Source of the DNA: a virus
Taxonomy: Duplodnaviria; Caudoviricetes
Reading direction: 5' to 3' (one strand)
DNA: 61,305 bases
IMG/VR virus record: IMGVR_UViG_3300037296_000138
Location: 1-61,305 of that record
Shown: positions 45,848-56,387 of the stretch, piece by piece
How the letters are laid out: the number at the start of each line of letters is the position of its first letter
How positions within the stretch are numbered: position 1 is the stretch's first letter
Notes under the pieces: generated by a model
Databases searched by the model: none
Seen by the model: only the letters and a program-made list of their open reading frames with translations
Told to the model about the DNA's origin: nothing
Translations under genes and position numbers: made by a program

Positions 45848-45893
45848 TGTTTCACCACCTCTATATCAAAGGCACCTATTGATGCCAGAGAGA

Positions 45894-48341
45894 TTATTGG
45901 CCCAAGTCTGGCAGCGCATTAACCATTTGATAGCGCATACCCAGTTCAATACGGGTATCTGCCATGATCCGATCAGCCACTTCTTTCTTCAGTGCTGCAC
46001 CTTCAGCTGGTGTTTTAACCTGCAACGCTTTGGTCAGTAGAGTTTCATCCTGTTGGATGTAATTCTGAGCTGCTTCCAGTGCTGCCTGACGAGGTGCGGC
46101 TACCGCGGCAGATTGAGCTTGTGCTGCTGCGTCAAAAGCTGTTGCACCCGGGGCAACTGCATTGCTGCCCCCACCCGGACGAGCTGTTGTCCCAGCACTC
46201 CGAGACATAGGCCCAGCCCACAGGTCGAGGTTCATCATACCCTCTGCACCAGGGTTACTTGCAGAACGGTTAGAACCATCCACCGCGGCATCTCCCGACG
46301 GTGCAGCTTGGGGAGAAAGAGGAGCCATACCAGGGACATTACGATCCGTGACGGTCTCCATCATCTTGTTCCAGGTCTGCTCGGCATGGCCGATGTCTTT
46401 CGACTGACCATTCATCTGATAGTCTTTGTTGCCAAAGCCATCGACGTTGATCCGCTGCATGCTGGTGTCAAAGTCAGACCGCAGAGCATCCATTGTCGAA
46501 GTGATCCGACCTGCTTCACCCTGAATCCGGGATGCATTCTGAACTGCTTCTGGAGCATACAAACGCGAACCACGCTTGATAGCTTCTTCAACATCCATCT
46601 CAATTTTGCTGGCGCCGAAGATGTTCTCTGCTGGTATCCAGGTGTCAGCGCCCTTCATCGTATCAGCGATCAGCTGCTTCGCATCTGCTTCAGTGATCTG
46701 CACACCGTCAGCACGCAGACGTTCTGTGACCGAGCTCACAGCATCAACGATGTCACCGGGGTCGTTATACAGCTTATCGCCGTAGACTTCTTTCATCTGC
46801 AGACCCAGATCTACTGGGTTCTCAGTGTCACCGTAGTTCTGCTGAGCCTGGCTCTGAGCCCGGAGCGTTTCGTTGGAGCCAACCGAGCTGTTCATCTGGG
46901 CAGTAAAGTCGTCAATGACTTGCTGACCTTCAGCCATACCTGGAACAGAATATGGATTGCTGTTCACACCTGGGACGTTGCCGGCCAGTGTATTTGGTTT
47001 CTCTAGGATCCCATATGCCAGATCTTTAGCCTGAGCATTCAGCCCAGAATTGGCAATTACCGCACGGCGCTCTTCATCATTGATCGCATTGCCGAAGCCC
47101 TGATCAATGAGGTTCTGTGCAGCTTTACCATCGTCGATACCCTGCAGCTCGGTTTCCCAACCAATTTGAGCGCGCTGCTGAGCGATCTCTTGGGTCCGGT
47201 TTGCATCACGCGTGTCGATGCCAGTGTCCCATGCATTGAAGACATCGTCGTTCATGGCTTTGACTTGGGCAGGCGTGATCATAGCACCTTTGGGGATGTT
47301 GATCTTACCAGCAAATTCACCAGTGCCCTGACGTGTTCCAGTCTGTCCCGGGGCAACACCACCGCTCGTCCCACCAAAGCGAGACAGCATCGAGTTGGCT
47401 GTAGCAAAGCGTTCAGCTGCTTCGCCCTCGTTTGGCTTGTTATACCCGGCAAATTTCCATGCTTCGTTCATCATCTGCTGAGCTTCTTCGACGCTCTTAG
47501 CACCCTCTAAACGACGGATCAGGTCTGGATCTTCTTGCATGAAATACGAGGCTTGTGCCTGTGGAGACATGTCCCCACCGGTATACGCCACCATATCGGT
47601 ATAGCGTTTGTCACGCAGCGACATGTAGCCGCCAGAGGTTCCCTCTACGCCGCTCTCGCTTGGATCAGACCATGTGCGATTGCCATTCTTTGGGTCGAAC
47701 CCACTCTCACGCTGGACCGTGGCAGCCACGGCCGCCAGACCAAACGGGTTAGTCAGACCACCTTTTTGGACAGTCCCCATGAAGCCGTTGAACGTATCCC
47801 CATGCTGAACCTGGCCCCCTGCTTGACCCATAGGGTTACCGCCAAAGCCGTAATTTCCACCTCGAGCATTGATGTCAGCATCGTTGAACTGACCGGCCAA
47901 CGGATACATATCGTCTTCAGACTGGATATTCCGATCATGGGTCTGCTGTGTCCGACCATCCTGCGTGCGCAGCATGTCAGCCTGGGTGTTACGGTAACCG
48001 ATCTGTGATCCCGTGTTGTTGTTGTTCATCCGAGCCGTGTCCATGTCCATGCCACGGCCACGAGTGCCCATGATGGTTGCCATAGCTTCAGGCGTGATGT
48101 TATTCGGATCGATCTTCATTGCAGCCAGAGCTGCAGCTGCTTCCTCATCCGATCCTACATTTGCCAATGGCAACAGCGCCCCATTGCTGAGGCGTTGCTT
48201 CTGGCGTTCTCCGGCACGGCCTAGGCCGCCGGACAGTGTGCCCATGGCCTGTTGCCAAGCATCACCGGCTCCAGCCATCAAGCGAGCAGACGCAGAGAAA
48301 TCTGGGGCTGCTACTTGGTTCCAATTCAGTCGATCGACCAT
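45894..48341 (-). CDS. Internal virion/ejection protein with a tail-lysozyme-like domain (N4 gp51-like)
   Basis: W.QVAAPDFS N-terminus; AAVAATVQRESGFDP...QAQASYF lysozyme-like motif. Confidence 0.8.
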   Translation of the reverse strand: MVDRLNWNQVAAPDFSASARLMAGAGDAWQQAMGTLSGGLGRAGERQKQRLSNGALLPLANVGSDEEAAAALAAMKIDPNNITPEAMATIMGTRGRGMDMDTARMNNNNTGSQIGYRNTQADMLRTQDGRTQQTHDRNIQSEDDMYPLAGQFNDADINARGGNYGFGGNPMGQAGGQVQHGDTFNGFMGTVQKGGLTNPFGLAAVAATVQRESGFDPKNGNRTWSDPSESGVEGTSGGYMSLRDKRYTDMVAYTGGDMSPQAQASYFMQEDPDLIRRLEGAKSVEEAQQMMNEAWKFAGYNKPNEGEAAERFATANSMLSRFGGTSGGVAPGQTGTRQGTGEFAGKINIPKGAMITPAQVKAMNDDVFNAWDTGIDTRDANRTQEIAQQRAQIGWETELQGIDDGKAAQNLIDQGFGNAINDEERRAVIANSGLNAQAKDLAYGILEKPNTLAGNVPGVNSNPYSVPGMAEGQQVIDDFTAQMNSSVGSNETLRAQSQAQQNYGDTENPVDLGLQMKEVYGDKLYNDPGDIVDAVSSVTERLRADGVQITEADAKQLIADTMKGADTWIPAENIFGASKIEMDVEEAIKRGSRLYAPEAVQNASRIQGEAGRITSTMDALRSDFDTSMQRINVDGFGNKDYQMNGQSKDIGHAEQTWNKMMETVTDRNVPGMAPLSPQAAPSGDAAVDGSNRSASNPGAEGMMNLDLWAGPMSRSAGTTARPGGGSNAVAPGATAFDAAAQAQSAAVAAPRQAALEAAQNYIQQDETLLTKALQVKTPAEGAALKKEVADRIMADTRIELGMRYQMVNALPDLGQ

Positions 48342-48365
48342 TTTGCTATTCTCCTAGGCTGCCAA

Positions 48366-48941
48366 TTACAGCTTGTTCTCGTTGTAGTAGGCGTCGACTT
48401 CATCCATGCTGCGGCCCTCGGCCATGAATTCAGCTTGGGTCCGGCCCTGCAGAGTCGTGTTATAGCTCTGCTTCTCGTTCGCCAAGTTCTCCTGATAGGA
48501 GGCCTTGTTGAATGCCAGAGTTTCTTTGGCCAGCTTCGTCTGCTGCCAGGAGCTCCACAGAGAACCAATGGTAGCCAGGCCATCTGTGATTGTCCCGAGC
48601 CCATCAAAATTGAATGTGCCGTCGGAGTTCTTGAACATGTTGCCGTTTGACACAGCATCTGCTGGAGCCACAGGCGTGGTGGCAATAGGTGCCTGTGGTG
48701 CCTGAACACCCACACCAGCGATGTCAGTGCCAGAAGGCATCGTCAGAGCCTGGGGGGTCATTGCAGCCACAGGGTTGGGCATCGCCAGGTTTGCCCCAGC
48801 AGTCTGCCCCATGGAGAAGCCGCTCACACTCTGTGGCTGAGCAGTTCCCGCCATAGGCACAGCGCCCATATTGGCGGTTTGCATATTGCCGGTCCAGTTC
48901 TGCATCGCCATAGGGTCGACGTTACCATATCCGAGGTTCAT
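48366..48941 (-). CDS. Small virion/ejection protein (N4 gp52-like)
   Basis: KLAK..LAF.K.....N..N..QSYNT.L..R; synteny. Confidence 0.82.
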   Translation of the reverse strand: MNLGYGNVDPMAMQNWTGNMQTANMGAVPMAGTAQPQSVSGFSMGQTAGANLAMPNPVAAMTPQALTMPSGTDIAGVGVQAPQAPIATTPVAPADAVSNGNMFKNSDGTFNFDGLGTITDGLATIGSLWSSWQQTKLAKETLAFNKASYQENLANEKQSYNTTLQGRTQAEFMAEGRSMDEVDAYYNENKL

Positions 48942-48953
48942 AATCGTATCCTT

Positions 48954-51707
48954 CTATTCGCCGCCCTTCGGAAGCGTGAGGTTCATTTCGGTGTAATCAT
49001 AGATCATCGAGAAGCTTAAATCTATCATGTCTGAACCAACCATAGTGGTTCGATTGATGAAGTCCGTAGGGCTCTCATAATCATAGCGATCAGTGGCTTT
49101 GGTGAATAACATGGGATCCAAGACGATACCCGAGTTTAGAAATTCAGAAGTTAGCTTGTCGATCTCTTCCGATTGTTTCTCATATTCTTCCTTAGCTTCC
49201 GCCATGGCATCATATGTTTCGAGGATCTCTCCTCTTGCCCATGCTCCATAAGCGTTTGCTCCGACATTTGCCAGCTGCATGATGTTTTCCATTCGCATCA
49301 TAGAGCCCCAATTCATACCCAACTGACCGTTGGTTGCCATATTGGTTAGGCCGTTCATTGCAGCGAATGAGACAAAGGCAGCAATCACTCCACCCCATTT
49401 GGCGCCAAATAGCTTTGTGCTGATCGAGCTAATAATACTGGTCAGAACCATAGCAGCGATGGCATTCACCGCGGCACCTACAAGTAAGGCCGTGGTTCCA
49501 GATAAGCCTAGCGCACCACCCACGATGGTGTTGGCCCCTAGGATACCTCCAGTCACTGCGCCGGCAGGAGCAAAGTAAACCGTGATCACCGCCACAGCGA
49601 TCACCAGGATGATCTTGAAGATACCCTTCTGCCACCACTTTTGCTTCACCACCTGATAGCAGTTGAAGACGATCAGGACGTTTGTCGTCGTCAGCTGTGT
49701 CGAGGAGATGATGCTCATCTCACGCAGCGTGGGGTAGTGCAGTGGGATCACCAGACCAGATTCATCGCTGTCAGCCATAGCCTCCTTGGAGTCGATCGTT
49801 ACAAACTTGCCACCATAGACATAGTTCTGATGGATCAACCCACGGATAGTCAGCCGACGGTATGTGGTGTCGCTATCCTGGTAATACATATACATTACGT
49901 GAATAGCATTATCTTCAAACTTCTTTAGCATCCCGTCTAAGCCGCTGGTGCTTCCGATTTCATCCCGCCATTCATCGCTAGGACCATGGGAGATCCAGTA
50001 ATCACCCTGTTTGGCTCCGGACTTGCCTTTGCCGGTGAACAGCTCTTCGTTAATTGTGACCCAATTGATACGGACGTCATATGACTCTGTTCGACTATCC
50101 TTGGATTGAATTTGGATCGTGCTCACGACAGGCTCTGTCAGATTGATTTTAGACGGAGATGGTTCACCATAGCGTGTGCTATTCTCGTCAGCTTGTTGAG
50201 CCAACCAATCCTCGTAATCTGCCAACCGGTCAGCATGATTGTCTTTGTCAATAATGAACTGCTCATAGTCCTGTGTGCTGGTTGACTGAAAGGGGATCAG
50301 GTTCTTAAAGAACCGATACATGTATTCTTTACCTGCGTCGTCTTTGGCATTCAGAGACACCCCATATATCATATAAGCATAGTCGATATCGTCGATCGAT
50401 TCATTATCGTCGAGGTCATTCAGGATTTCGGTCATCGTATCACCAGTTGCTTTACGATAAGCAGCATTCACCTTCTCATAGAATTCCTCGTCATATTCTT
50501 CCATGGGATTAATAAGGTTCTCCCAAAAACTACCACCTGTTCCATTTGCAGCATCTCGAATGGAGCGGTTTTTAATCCGCAGTGGGATCATCGGGAAGAA
50601 TTCTTGAAGAGGATCTGAGGCGTCTACCTGCAGATCATTGATCGCTGTCCGGCTGCCACCCAGCTTGTAGACCATGATCTTATACTCGCCGACCCGCTGA
50701 TCAGGATAGACATAGTAGTAATCCTCCCGGACCTTATCCCGGTAGCCTAGTTCCTCAGTGGTGACCGTCGTCATTGTGGTCTTGATGGTTCCATCACCCA
50801 GGGTCTCATCGACACTTGTCACGACCTCTGTAGGCTTGGCCCAGGCCACGTTACGGATGCGGTAGGACTCGACGATGCTTCGAGGACGATCGCTGTTCTG
50901 TGTGCCCTCATACGTCGAGCCAGAGTAGATCTCCCGGGTGTTATCAAAGGTAACCTGGCTGGTGGTCACAGAGCTCGTGGTCTCATCAGGACGGCCATCA
51001 GAATACGTGATCAGCTCATCAGTGGTCTCGTTCAGATCCATGATGCCAGAGCTCGTAGAGACGCTCTCGGACAGGACGTATCCGGCCGGCACCGGCGGGA
51101 CACCCACACCGTCGTAGAACCAATCGCTCTCCACACCCTCAACCACAGCGGATTGCTCCTCGGGCTTAGAGAAATAGTAATAGGCGATCGCATAGTCTTT
51201 GTTCTTATTGTAGCCAGTTGCCGGAATCACTTCGGTGGTTGTGTCTTCATACTGGATCGTGATTTCAGAATTGGTCTCGGAGTAATCCGCAGTCCATTCT
51301 GTATTGATCAGATCAGGGTAATTTGCATAGATGTGTTTCTCAGCAAAATAGAAATAGTTCGCAGCCTCAATGAATGCTTTTTGAACCACAGTCGTTAGAC
51401 CGGTTGGTGCAGGAAATTCATCTTGAATTACAGAGCTGGGAATAGGGTAGCTGGAGCTGATCGAAGCTACCGGCATACCAATGTCATAATTATCTTTTGC
51501 CCAACGAAAGAACCGGCGCTGTTTCATGCCGGGGCCATTCAGGTGAGCATTGACGATTGTCTCGCCGAGTCCCTTATTTGGATCTCCACCTAGGATCGCA
51601 CCGATCGTAGTGGTCTTCAAATAGTTCGGCCGATTGTCTTCATCACCAGCTAGATTGTAGATTACCGAGGAAACGTAGGTGGTCTTTTTGCTGCTGAACA
51701 ATCCCAT
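48954..51707 (-). CDS. N4 gp53-like protein
   Basis: MGLFS.K..YVSS..YNLAG, DIDYAY, VKQKWWQ.GIF; C-terminal hydrophobic region. Confidence 0.88.
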   Translation of the reverse strand: MGLFSSKKTTYVSSVIYNLAGDEDNRPNYLKTTTIGAILGGDPNKGLGETIVNAHLNGPGMKQRRFFRWAKDNYDIGMPVASISSSYPIPSSVIQDEFPAPTGLTTVVQKAFIEAANYFYFAEKHIYANYPDLINTEWTADYSETNSEITIQYEDTTTEVIPATGYNKNKDYAIAYYYFSKPEEQSAVVEGVESDWFYDGVGVPPVPAGYVLSESVSTSSGIMDLNETTDELITYSDGRPDETTSSVTTSQVTFDNTREIYSGSTYEGTQNSDRPRSIVESYRIRNVAWAKPTEVVTSVDETLGDGTIKTTMTTVTTEELGYRDKVREDYYYVYPDQRVGEYKIMVYKLGGSRTAINDLQVDASDPLQEFFPMIPLRIKNRSIRDAANGTGGSFWENLINPMEEYDEEFYEKVNAAYRKATGDTMTEILNDLDDNESIDDIDYAYMIYGVSLNAKDDAGKEYMYRFFKNLIPFQSTSTQDYEQFIIDKDNHADRLADYEDWLAQQADENSTRYGEPSPSKINLTEPVVSTIQIQSKDSRTESYDVRINWVTINEELFTGKGKSGAKQGDYWISHGPSDEWRDEIGSTSGLDGMLKKFEDNAIHVMYMYYQDSDTTYRRLTIRGLIHQNYVYGGKFVTIDSKEAMADSDESGLVIPLHYPTLREMSIISSTQLTTTNVLIVFNCYQVVKQKWWQKGIFKIILVIAVAVITVYFAPAGAVTGGILGANTIVGGALGLSGTTALLVGAAVNAIAAMVLTSIISSISTKLFGAKWGGVIAAFVSFAAMNGLTNMATNGQLGMNWGSMMRMENIMQLANVGANAYGAWARGEILETYDAMAEAKEEYEKQSEEIDKLTSEFLNSGIVLDPMLFTKATDRYDYESPTDFINRTTMVGSDMIDLSFSMIYDYTEMNLTLPKGGE

Positions 51708-51732
51708 AGGACACTCTCAAATGTAGGGTGGT

Positions 51733-51754
51733 GGGGAGGAGTTTCCCCCTCCCC
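51733..51754 (-). terminator. GAAA-tetraloop stem-loop
   Basis: Minus strand GGGGAGGGG-GAAA-CTCCTCCCC; no U tract. Confidence 0.5.
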
Positions 51755-51760
51755 TATTGA

Positions 51761-52849
51761 TTATGTCCCGAGGTTGCTTCCCTCGCGGATGGATTGCAGG
51801 ACCGCATTGATCTCTGGGTTTTGGATCTCATTTGGTGGATCCAAGGTTTCCAGAATGGTCTTCTGCGTCAGCCAAGCATCCATGAACATCTTGGCAACCT
51901 TATACTGGTTGTCTTTGACATAGGACTCGATCTGCTGGTCATACAGATCTTTCTGCTTACCCGAGGAGCCTTTGACAATCGCACCATCAGAGCGAGTATC
52001 TAGGGTCTGCGAGCGTTGCACTTCGCCTTGCTCTTCGATCAGGATCTTCTGCGCCGGCAGGATAGAGGCCAGCGTATAGGTCTTGGTCGCCACGTCTTTC
52101 AGCAGGCCGTCCCGTTGGGCAGGCAGCAGATTGTCCAGATTATATTCGGAAGTCTCATACTGGCTCTTCAGGATGAAGTCCGTCTGATAAATCGTCTGGC
52201 GCTTCTGCTCAGGCAGGATGTTGGCAGTCTGGTAGACAACCTGTTCTTCCTGCTTGCCAATCATCGAGGTCTGGGCAGTGGCTTGATCCAACTGCTTCAG
52301 GATCAGTTCATACTGACCGTCGGCGTTGGCCAGCTGCATCTTCGTCAGAGCGAAGTCTGCTTCCGATTTCTGAGCCCCAAAATAGGCCATCTGAAGCTCT
52401 GCTTTGGTGACAGCCAGCTGAACCCGTGCAGTGACCGCTTCGATCTCTGCGCGCCGTGCCTGGAGCTGTGTCATGATCGCAGACCAGTATGCCTGATCCC
52501 GGCCCAGCAGATACTGGGTGGAAGTGCTCAGGGCAGCCGTCGTCAGCGAGATATAGGTTTTGGAATACTCGGCACCAGTTATCCGGCCCCGGTCATACTC
52601 TTCTTTGAGGTGCGCCTTCATGGATTCCATGACAACGTCGAACGTACCTGGACCGCCTACGACACCGGTGGTCAGATCATCATTCGTCAGCTTGTTGACG
52701 CTGGAGTAGAGCTCACCTGTTGCATCCGGCAGCTCGTAATCAGTGCCGCTCAGGTCAATCGCTGGAAGGTTGAAATCCTCGCCCAGAATCTCATAGAGAT
52801 TCTGAGCAAGTTCCACACCACCAGAGTCGGAGATTGGTGCAGTGGGCAT
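51761..52849 (-). CDS. N4 gp54-like structural protein
   Basis: LTT..V.G.G.FD..M, EY..GRITGAEY, GKQKDLY.QQI. Confidence 0.88.
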   Translation of the reverse strand: MPTAPISDSGGVELAQNLYEILGEDFNLPAIDLSGTDYELPDATGELYSSVNKLTNDDLTTGVVGGPGTFDVVMESMKAHLKEEYDRGRITGAEYSKTYISLTTAALSTSTQYLLGRDQAYWSAIMTQLQARRAEIEAVTARVQLAVTKAELQMAYFGAQKSEADFALTKMQLANADGQYELILKQLDQATAQTSMIGKQEEQVVYQTANILPEQKRQTIYQTDFILKSQYETSEYNLDNLLPAQRDGLLKDVATKTYTLASILPAQKILIEEQGEVQRSQTLDTRSDGAIVKGSSGKQKDLYDQQIESYVKDNQYKVAKMFMDAWLTQKTILETLDPPNEIQNPEINAVLQSIREGSNLGT

Positions 52850-52852
52850 CTA

Positions 52853-53446
52853 TTAGACCCCCACGCGCTCGGCAGCGCCTTGGACTTCAGCCAGCTCTTT
52901 GAGCTCCACCGCGGTGAGAGGCGGCAGGACGTTCAGCGTGTATTCGGGAACGATCCGCGTCTTCACGTCGATCTGGCCATTCTTCTTGACAGTCCGGATG
53001 TCCTGATACCGGCGCTCTTTCAGCTCATCGAACAGCACTTGCGGGATGTGATAACCATTTTCGGTTGCTTCGCCGAAGGGAATAAACTTCCGGACGGTGC
53101 CCAGCATGCCGGAAGCCACAGTGACGATTTCGCCCTGCAGGTCGCGCTTCGAAGGATTCTGGTTGTAGATCTGGCAGCGAACCAAAGCCATAGCTTTCTT
53201 CTGGATCCGTTTGCGCTTCTGCTGGACGGTCTCTACCGCGGGGATCTTATCCTCGTCGCCGGCAGCAGTGGTGTCATCGGAATCAGGTTTGCCCTCGAGT
53301 TTGTCATCAATCTTTTTGCGCAATGCATCGACGCCAATACGGCTCGAATACTGCAGACCCATGATGTCAGCACGCTTTTTCAGCGATGCCAATTCAGCTT
53401 CGGGGTTGTTTTGGGGTTCGTCGGTTTGGTTCTCGTCGGAGGCCAT
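52853..53446 (-). CDS. N4 gp55-like protein
   Basis: EL..LK.RAD.MG, NP.K..LQGEI, LPPLT..EL..LA. Confidence 0.88.
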   Translation of the reverse strand: MASDENQTDEPQNNPEAELASLKKRADIMGLQYSSRIGVDALRKKIDDKLEGKPDSDDTTAAGDEDKIPAVETVQQKRKRIQKKAMALVRCQIYNQNPSKRDLQGEIVTVASGMLGTVRKFIPFGEATENGYHIPQVLFDELKERRYQDIRTVKKNGQIDVKTRIVPEYTLNVLPPLTAVELKELAEVQGAAERVGV

Positions 53447-53473
53447 TTGGATATTCCTAGGTTACATTTCATA

Positions 53474-53505
53474 AGTAAAGGGGGGAGGATTTCTCCACCC
53501 CCCTC
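53474..53505 (-). terminator. Terminator after the major capsid gene
   Basis: Minus strand GGGGGGTGGA-GAAA-TCCTCCCCCC followed by TTTACTT. Confidence 0.75.
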
Positions 53506-53522
53506 TAGTTCATATCTGAAGC

Positions 53523-54701
53523 TTACTGAGTGGCAAGCGTCTTGATCAGTGCCAGACGTTCCGGGCGCAGGATCATGGTGCCGTAATACCATTTGATCGA
53601 GCTGAAACCGGTTTCGCCATATGGGTCAGCGCGGTCAGCAGTTTCCTTGCCAGGCATCTTCGTGGTGATCTTGAATTTCACCGTTTTGCCGTCGGTCTGG
53701 AAGCCGATCGTGGTGAAGGATTCAGCACCAACAACCAACATCGGGTAGACGTTGTATTTGTCGTTGGTCTCACGATAGCCGTCGTTGGTGACAACGTCAG
53801 CGCCGACAGCGGACCAATGCAGCATCTCGGGAACAACCACGATGCGGAACTGATCGATCGTCCCGATCTCGCCGTTCATGATCGTGCCGGCATCGGCATA
53901 CTGGTGAGCGTGGATGAATGCTTTGTTGCCAAAGGAGTCAACCATCTTGTTCAGCATGATCTGCAGCTCGGTGCCGACATACATGACGCGGCCGGAGTTG
54001 ATCGTCTTGGTATCAATCATCCGGGAGCCGGTGATATACTTCGACTGCTTCGGCGTGCGGTTCTCGTCGAGAACAACAGACAGGCGCATCAGGTCATCGT
54101 GGGTCACAACAGAAGGTGTCGCGCCATCTTCGCCGGTCATCGTCACGTTGGAGACAGACTCGCCCGTGTAGAGCACTGTGCCGGCACCATAGAGCAGGTC
54201 AGCCTGCAGAACGGCTTCGGTCAGCTGAGTCGCACCGGTGACCATCTCGCGGGACAGGTGGGAATACAGATCTTCGTCGCTGTCGAAATCGAACGATTCC
54301 TGAGTGAACTCGGTGAAGAAACCAAACTTTGTGATGGAGCCAGAACGCTCGATACGCGTAAAGCCAACACGGTTCACACGGCCGCCGGTCTCGGTCAGAG
54401 TTGGCATCTTGCCAGTGATCAGGCCAACGTCCTTGCTGGAACCATACAGGTTACCATCGGCAATGGTCGCGCCGGAAGCGTCGATACCCTGGTCGTTGAT
54501 GTTCCGGTCATCCAGCAGCGGAATGTAGTGGTAGACCTTGATCTCTTTGCCGAAGTGCTTTGGCATGGTCATGACGTCGGCCATCGGCATGAAATACATT
54601 TCACGCTTGGCTTCGATCAGGGCTTTCTTGTGCCAGAAGAAGGTCTCGAACTGAGCGCCAACCGTCGAATTCGTGGTGGGTGGATCGTTATACTGGTGCA
54701 T
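53523..54701 (-). CDS. Major capsid protein (N4 gp56-like)
   Basis: [50 protein letters not shown]. Confidence 0.96.
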   Translation of the reverse strand: MHQYNDPPTTNSTVGAQFETFFWHKKALIEAKREMYFMPMADVMTMPKHFGKEIKVYHYIPLLDDRNINDQGIDASGATIADGNLYGSSKDVGLITGKMPTLTETGGRVNRVGFTRIERSGSITKFGFFTEFTQESFDFDSDEDLYSHLSREMVTGATQLTEAVLQADLLYGAGTVLYTGESVSNVTMTGEDGATPSVVTHDDLMRLSVVLDENRTPKQSKYITGSRMIDTKTINSGRVMYVGTELQIMLNKMVDSFGNKAFIHAHQYADAGTIMNGEIGTIDQFRIVVVPEMLHWSAVGADVVTNDGYRETNDKYNVYPMLVVGAESFTTIGFQTDGKTVKFKITTKMPGKETADRADPYGETGFSSIKWYYGTMILRPERLALIKTLATQ

Positions 54702-54710
54702 CGTTTTTCC

Positions 54711-55988
54711 TTACAGACGCTTAGCCATACTGGCGTTTTTCTCGAAGTCCTCGTCCGACATGGACAGGGGATTGAATTCCTGAGCGGCGCGCTTGGGAGC
54801 GGTGCGCACAGGGCTTGCAGCTTTTGCTTTATCCGCATTGGGATCAGCGGCTGGCTTGCGGGGGGCTGAACGAGTCTCGAGCACTTGGCGTTGCTGCGGA
54901 GGAGGAGCCGCTTGGGCTTCCTGTGCAGGTGCCGCTTGCTGTTGCAAACGTCCGTCTTTGCTCATCTGCTGTCCAACAGCGTAGTAAGCATTCAGGTAGG
55001 GCACATTCGCGTAGTTACCCAACATCTTCTGGCGTTCTACTTCACCGGAGATCTGGTCGAATAGACCGGATTCTTTGTGAGTGGTAATGACGCGGAGAAC
55101 TTTCGGGTCTGTGTAAATGGCTTGCTTGGACTCCTTATCCCAGTTCTTGTGGATGATAGCAATAGTATCTTTACCGGCATCCGTTTCATTAAGTTCCCGA
55201 ATGGTATCGTTGAATACCATCTGCTCCTGGGACACGGAGTATTCGCCAGGTTTGTAGCCAGGCTCAACAGTCGTATCAATGTCGAGGGGATCAATACCGG
55301 AATCAGCAATCAGCTTCCGGATAGCTTCTGGATTCTTTTTGCTGAGGTCGATCAGATAGGTCAGCTTGTCTTCATTCAGCAGACCCTGGTTCTCCAGCAT
55401 CTGCATCATACGAAGATTTGGAGCCAAGGCCTGCAGCTTCTTGGTGTAATTAGCACCCATCTGCATCAGCTGAATTGCCTCTTCAGGCGAATTCACATTG
55501 ACGTCACGGCCATTCGCTTTGAACGGCTTCATGATCTCTTTGTATTTGGCTTCATAATCTACCGCGGGAGTCTTCTCTTCCTCCTTGGCTTCGGCCGCCG
55601 GCTTATCCCCAGGTTTGCCTTCAGCAGGCTTTTCCTTTGGATCAGCTTTTACTTCCGGCTTTTTGGGAGCAGGCGCATCGTCATCATCGCCGAGGGGATT
55701 CCGCTCTTCGGGATCATCAGATCCTTCCACAGCTGGTTTGCCTTCATCCCCTTCGTCTTCGTCGGGGTCTTCGTTGCCTTCGGCTTCCGCAGCTTCGGCA
55801 GCGGCATCCAGAGCAGCTTGTTCATCAGCAGCAGCTTGAGCTTCGTCAGCAGCTTTTTGTTCTGCATTGGCCTGTTGCTCCTGCTCTTGTGCCGATGGAT
55901 CTTCTTGCGAAACGACCTCCTGTTCAGGAGGCCGTTCCATTTTTGCGATGTCATCATCAGACATGTTTTCGTAATCTAGGTCAGCCAT
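54711..55988 (-). CDS. N4 gp57-like protein (probable scaffold)
   Basis: PFKANG, LMQMGANYTKK, NPLSMSDEDF; acidic N-terminus. Confidence 0.88.
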   Translation of the reverse strand: MADLDYENMSDDDIAKMERPPEQEVVSQEDPSAQEQEQQANAEQKAADEAQAAADEQAALDAAAEAAEAEGNEDPDEDEGDEGKPAVEGSDDPEERNPLGDDDDAPAPKKPEVKADPKEKPAEGKPGDKPAAEAKEEEKTPAVDYEAKYKEIMKPFKANGRDVNVNSPEEAIQLMQMGANYTKKLQALAPNLRMMQMLENQGLLNEDKLTYLIDLSKKNPEAIRKLIADSGIDPLDIDTTVEPGYKPGEYSVSQEQMVFNDTIRELNETDAGKDTIAIIHKNWDKESKQAIYTDPKVLRVITTHKESGLFDQISGEVERQKMLGNYANVPYLNAYYAVGQQMSKDGRLQQQAAPAQEAQAAPPPQQRQVLETRSAPRKPAADPNADKAKAASPVRTAPKRAAQEFNPLSMSDEDFEKNASMAKRL

Positions 55989-56371
55989 TAGCTGTCATCC
56001 CCCTCGAAGTCATCGCCGCCGGTGGTCACTGAACCATCCTCTTCGTCGCGGAGTTCTTGCAGGGTGTAGCCAGACGATTCGATCTCGGCAGCAGCTGTGC
56101 GGCCCAGCAGGAAGATGTTCTGGAAGAACCGCTTCAAGGCGCCGGTGCCCTTCAGGTCATTCATGATCATCTCTTGGCTGTCAGCATGATGGGGATCACC
56201 CACCAGCAGGCCGAGGCGTGCGGTTTCAGTTTCGAAATAGCCTTCCATAATCAGCTTCCGGAAGTCCGGATTGCGGGAAAGGCGATCGGCCATTTCAGCC
56301 TTCTCGACCAGGTGCCGAGCGTGCTCGATGGTCAATTCGATTTCTTCGATATCTTGTGCGATTTGAGACAT
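55988..56371 (-). CDS. N4 gp58-like protein
   Basis: RL..NPDFRKLI.EGY; synteny. Confidence 0.82.
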   Translation of the reverse strand: MSQIAQDIEEIELTIEHARHLVEKAEMADRLSRNPDFRKLIMEGYFETETARLGLLVGDPHHADSQEMIMNDLKGTGALKRFFQNIFLLGRTAAAEIESSGYTLQELRDEEDGSVTTGGDDFEGDDS

Positions 56372-56387
56372 GGTTTTACCAGTTTCC

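Noticed and set aside
52016-53545. Long antisense ORF (509 aa); similar ones at 9692-10675, 16739-17752, 27843-28970, 29914-30927, 53817-54869 and 57264-58310
   Set aside because: These are shadows of well-supported genes caused by codon bias; they have no RBS or recognisable motifs
54711-55988. Tape-measure protein
   Set aside because: This is a podovirus; the position before the capsid gene and the acidic composition fit a scaffold better
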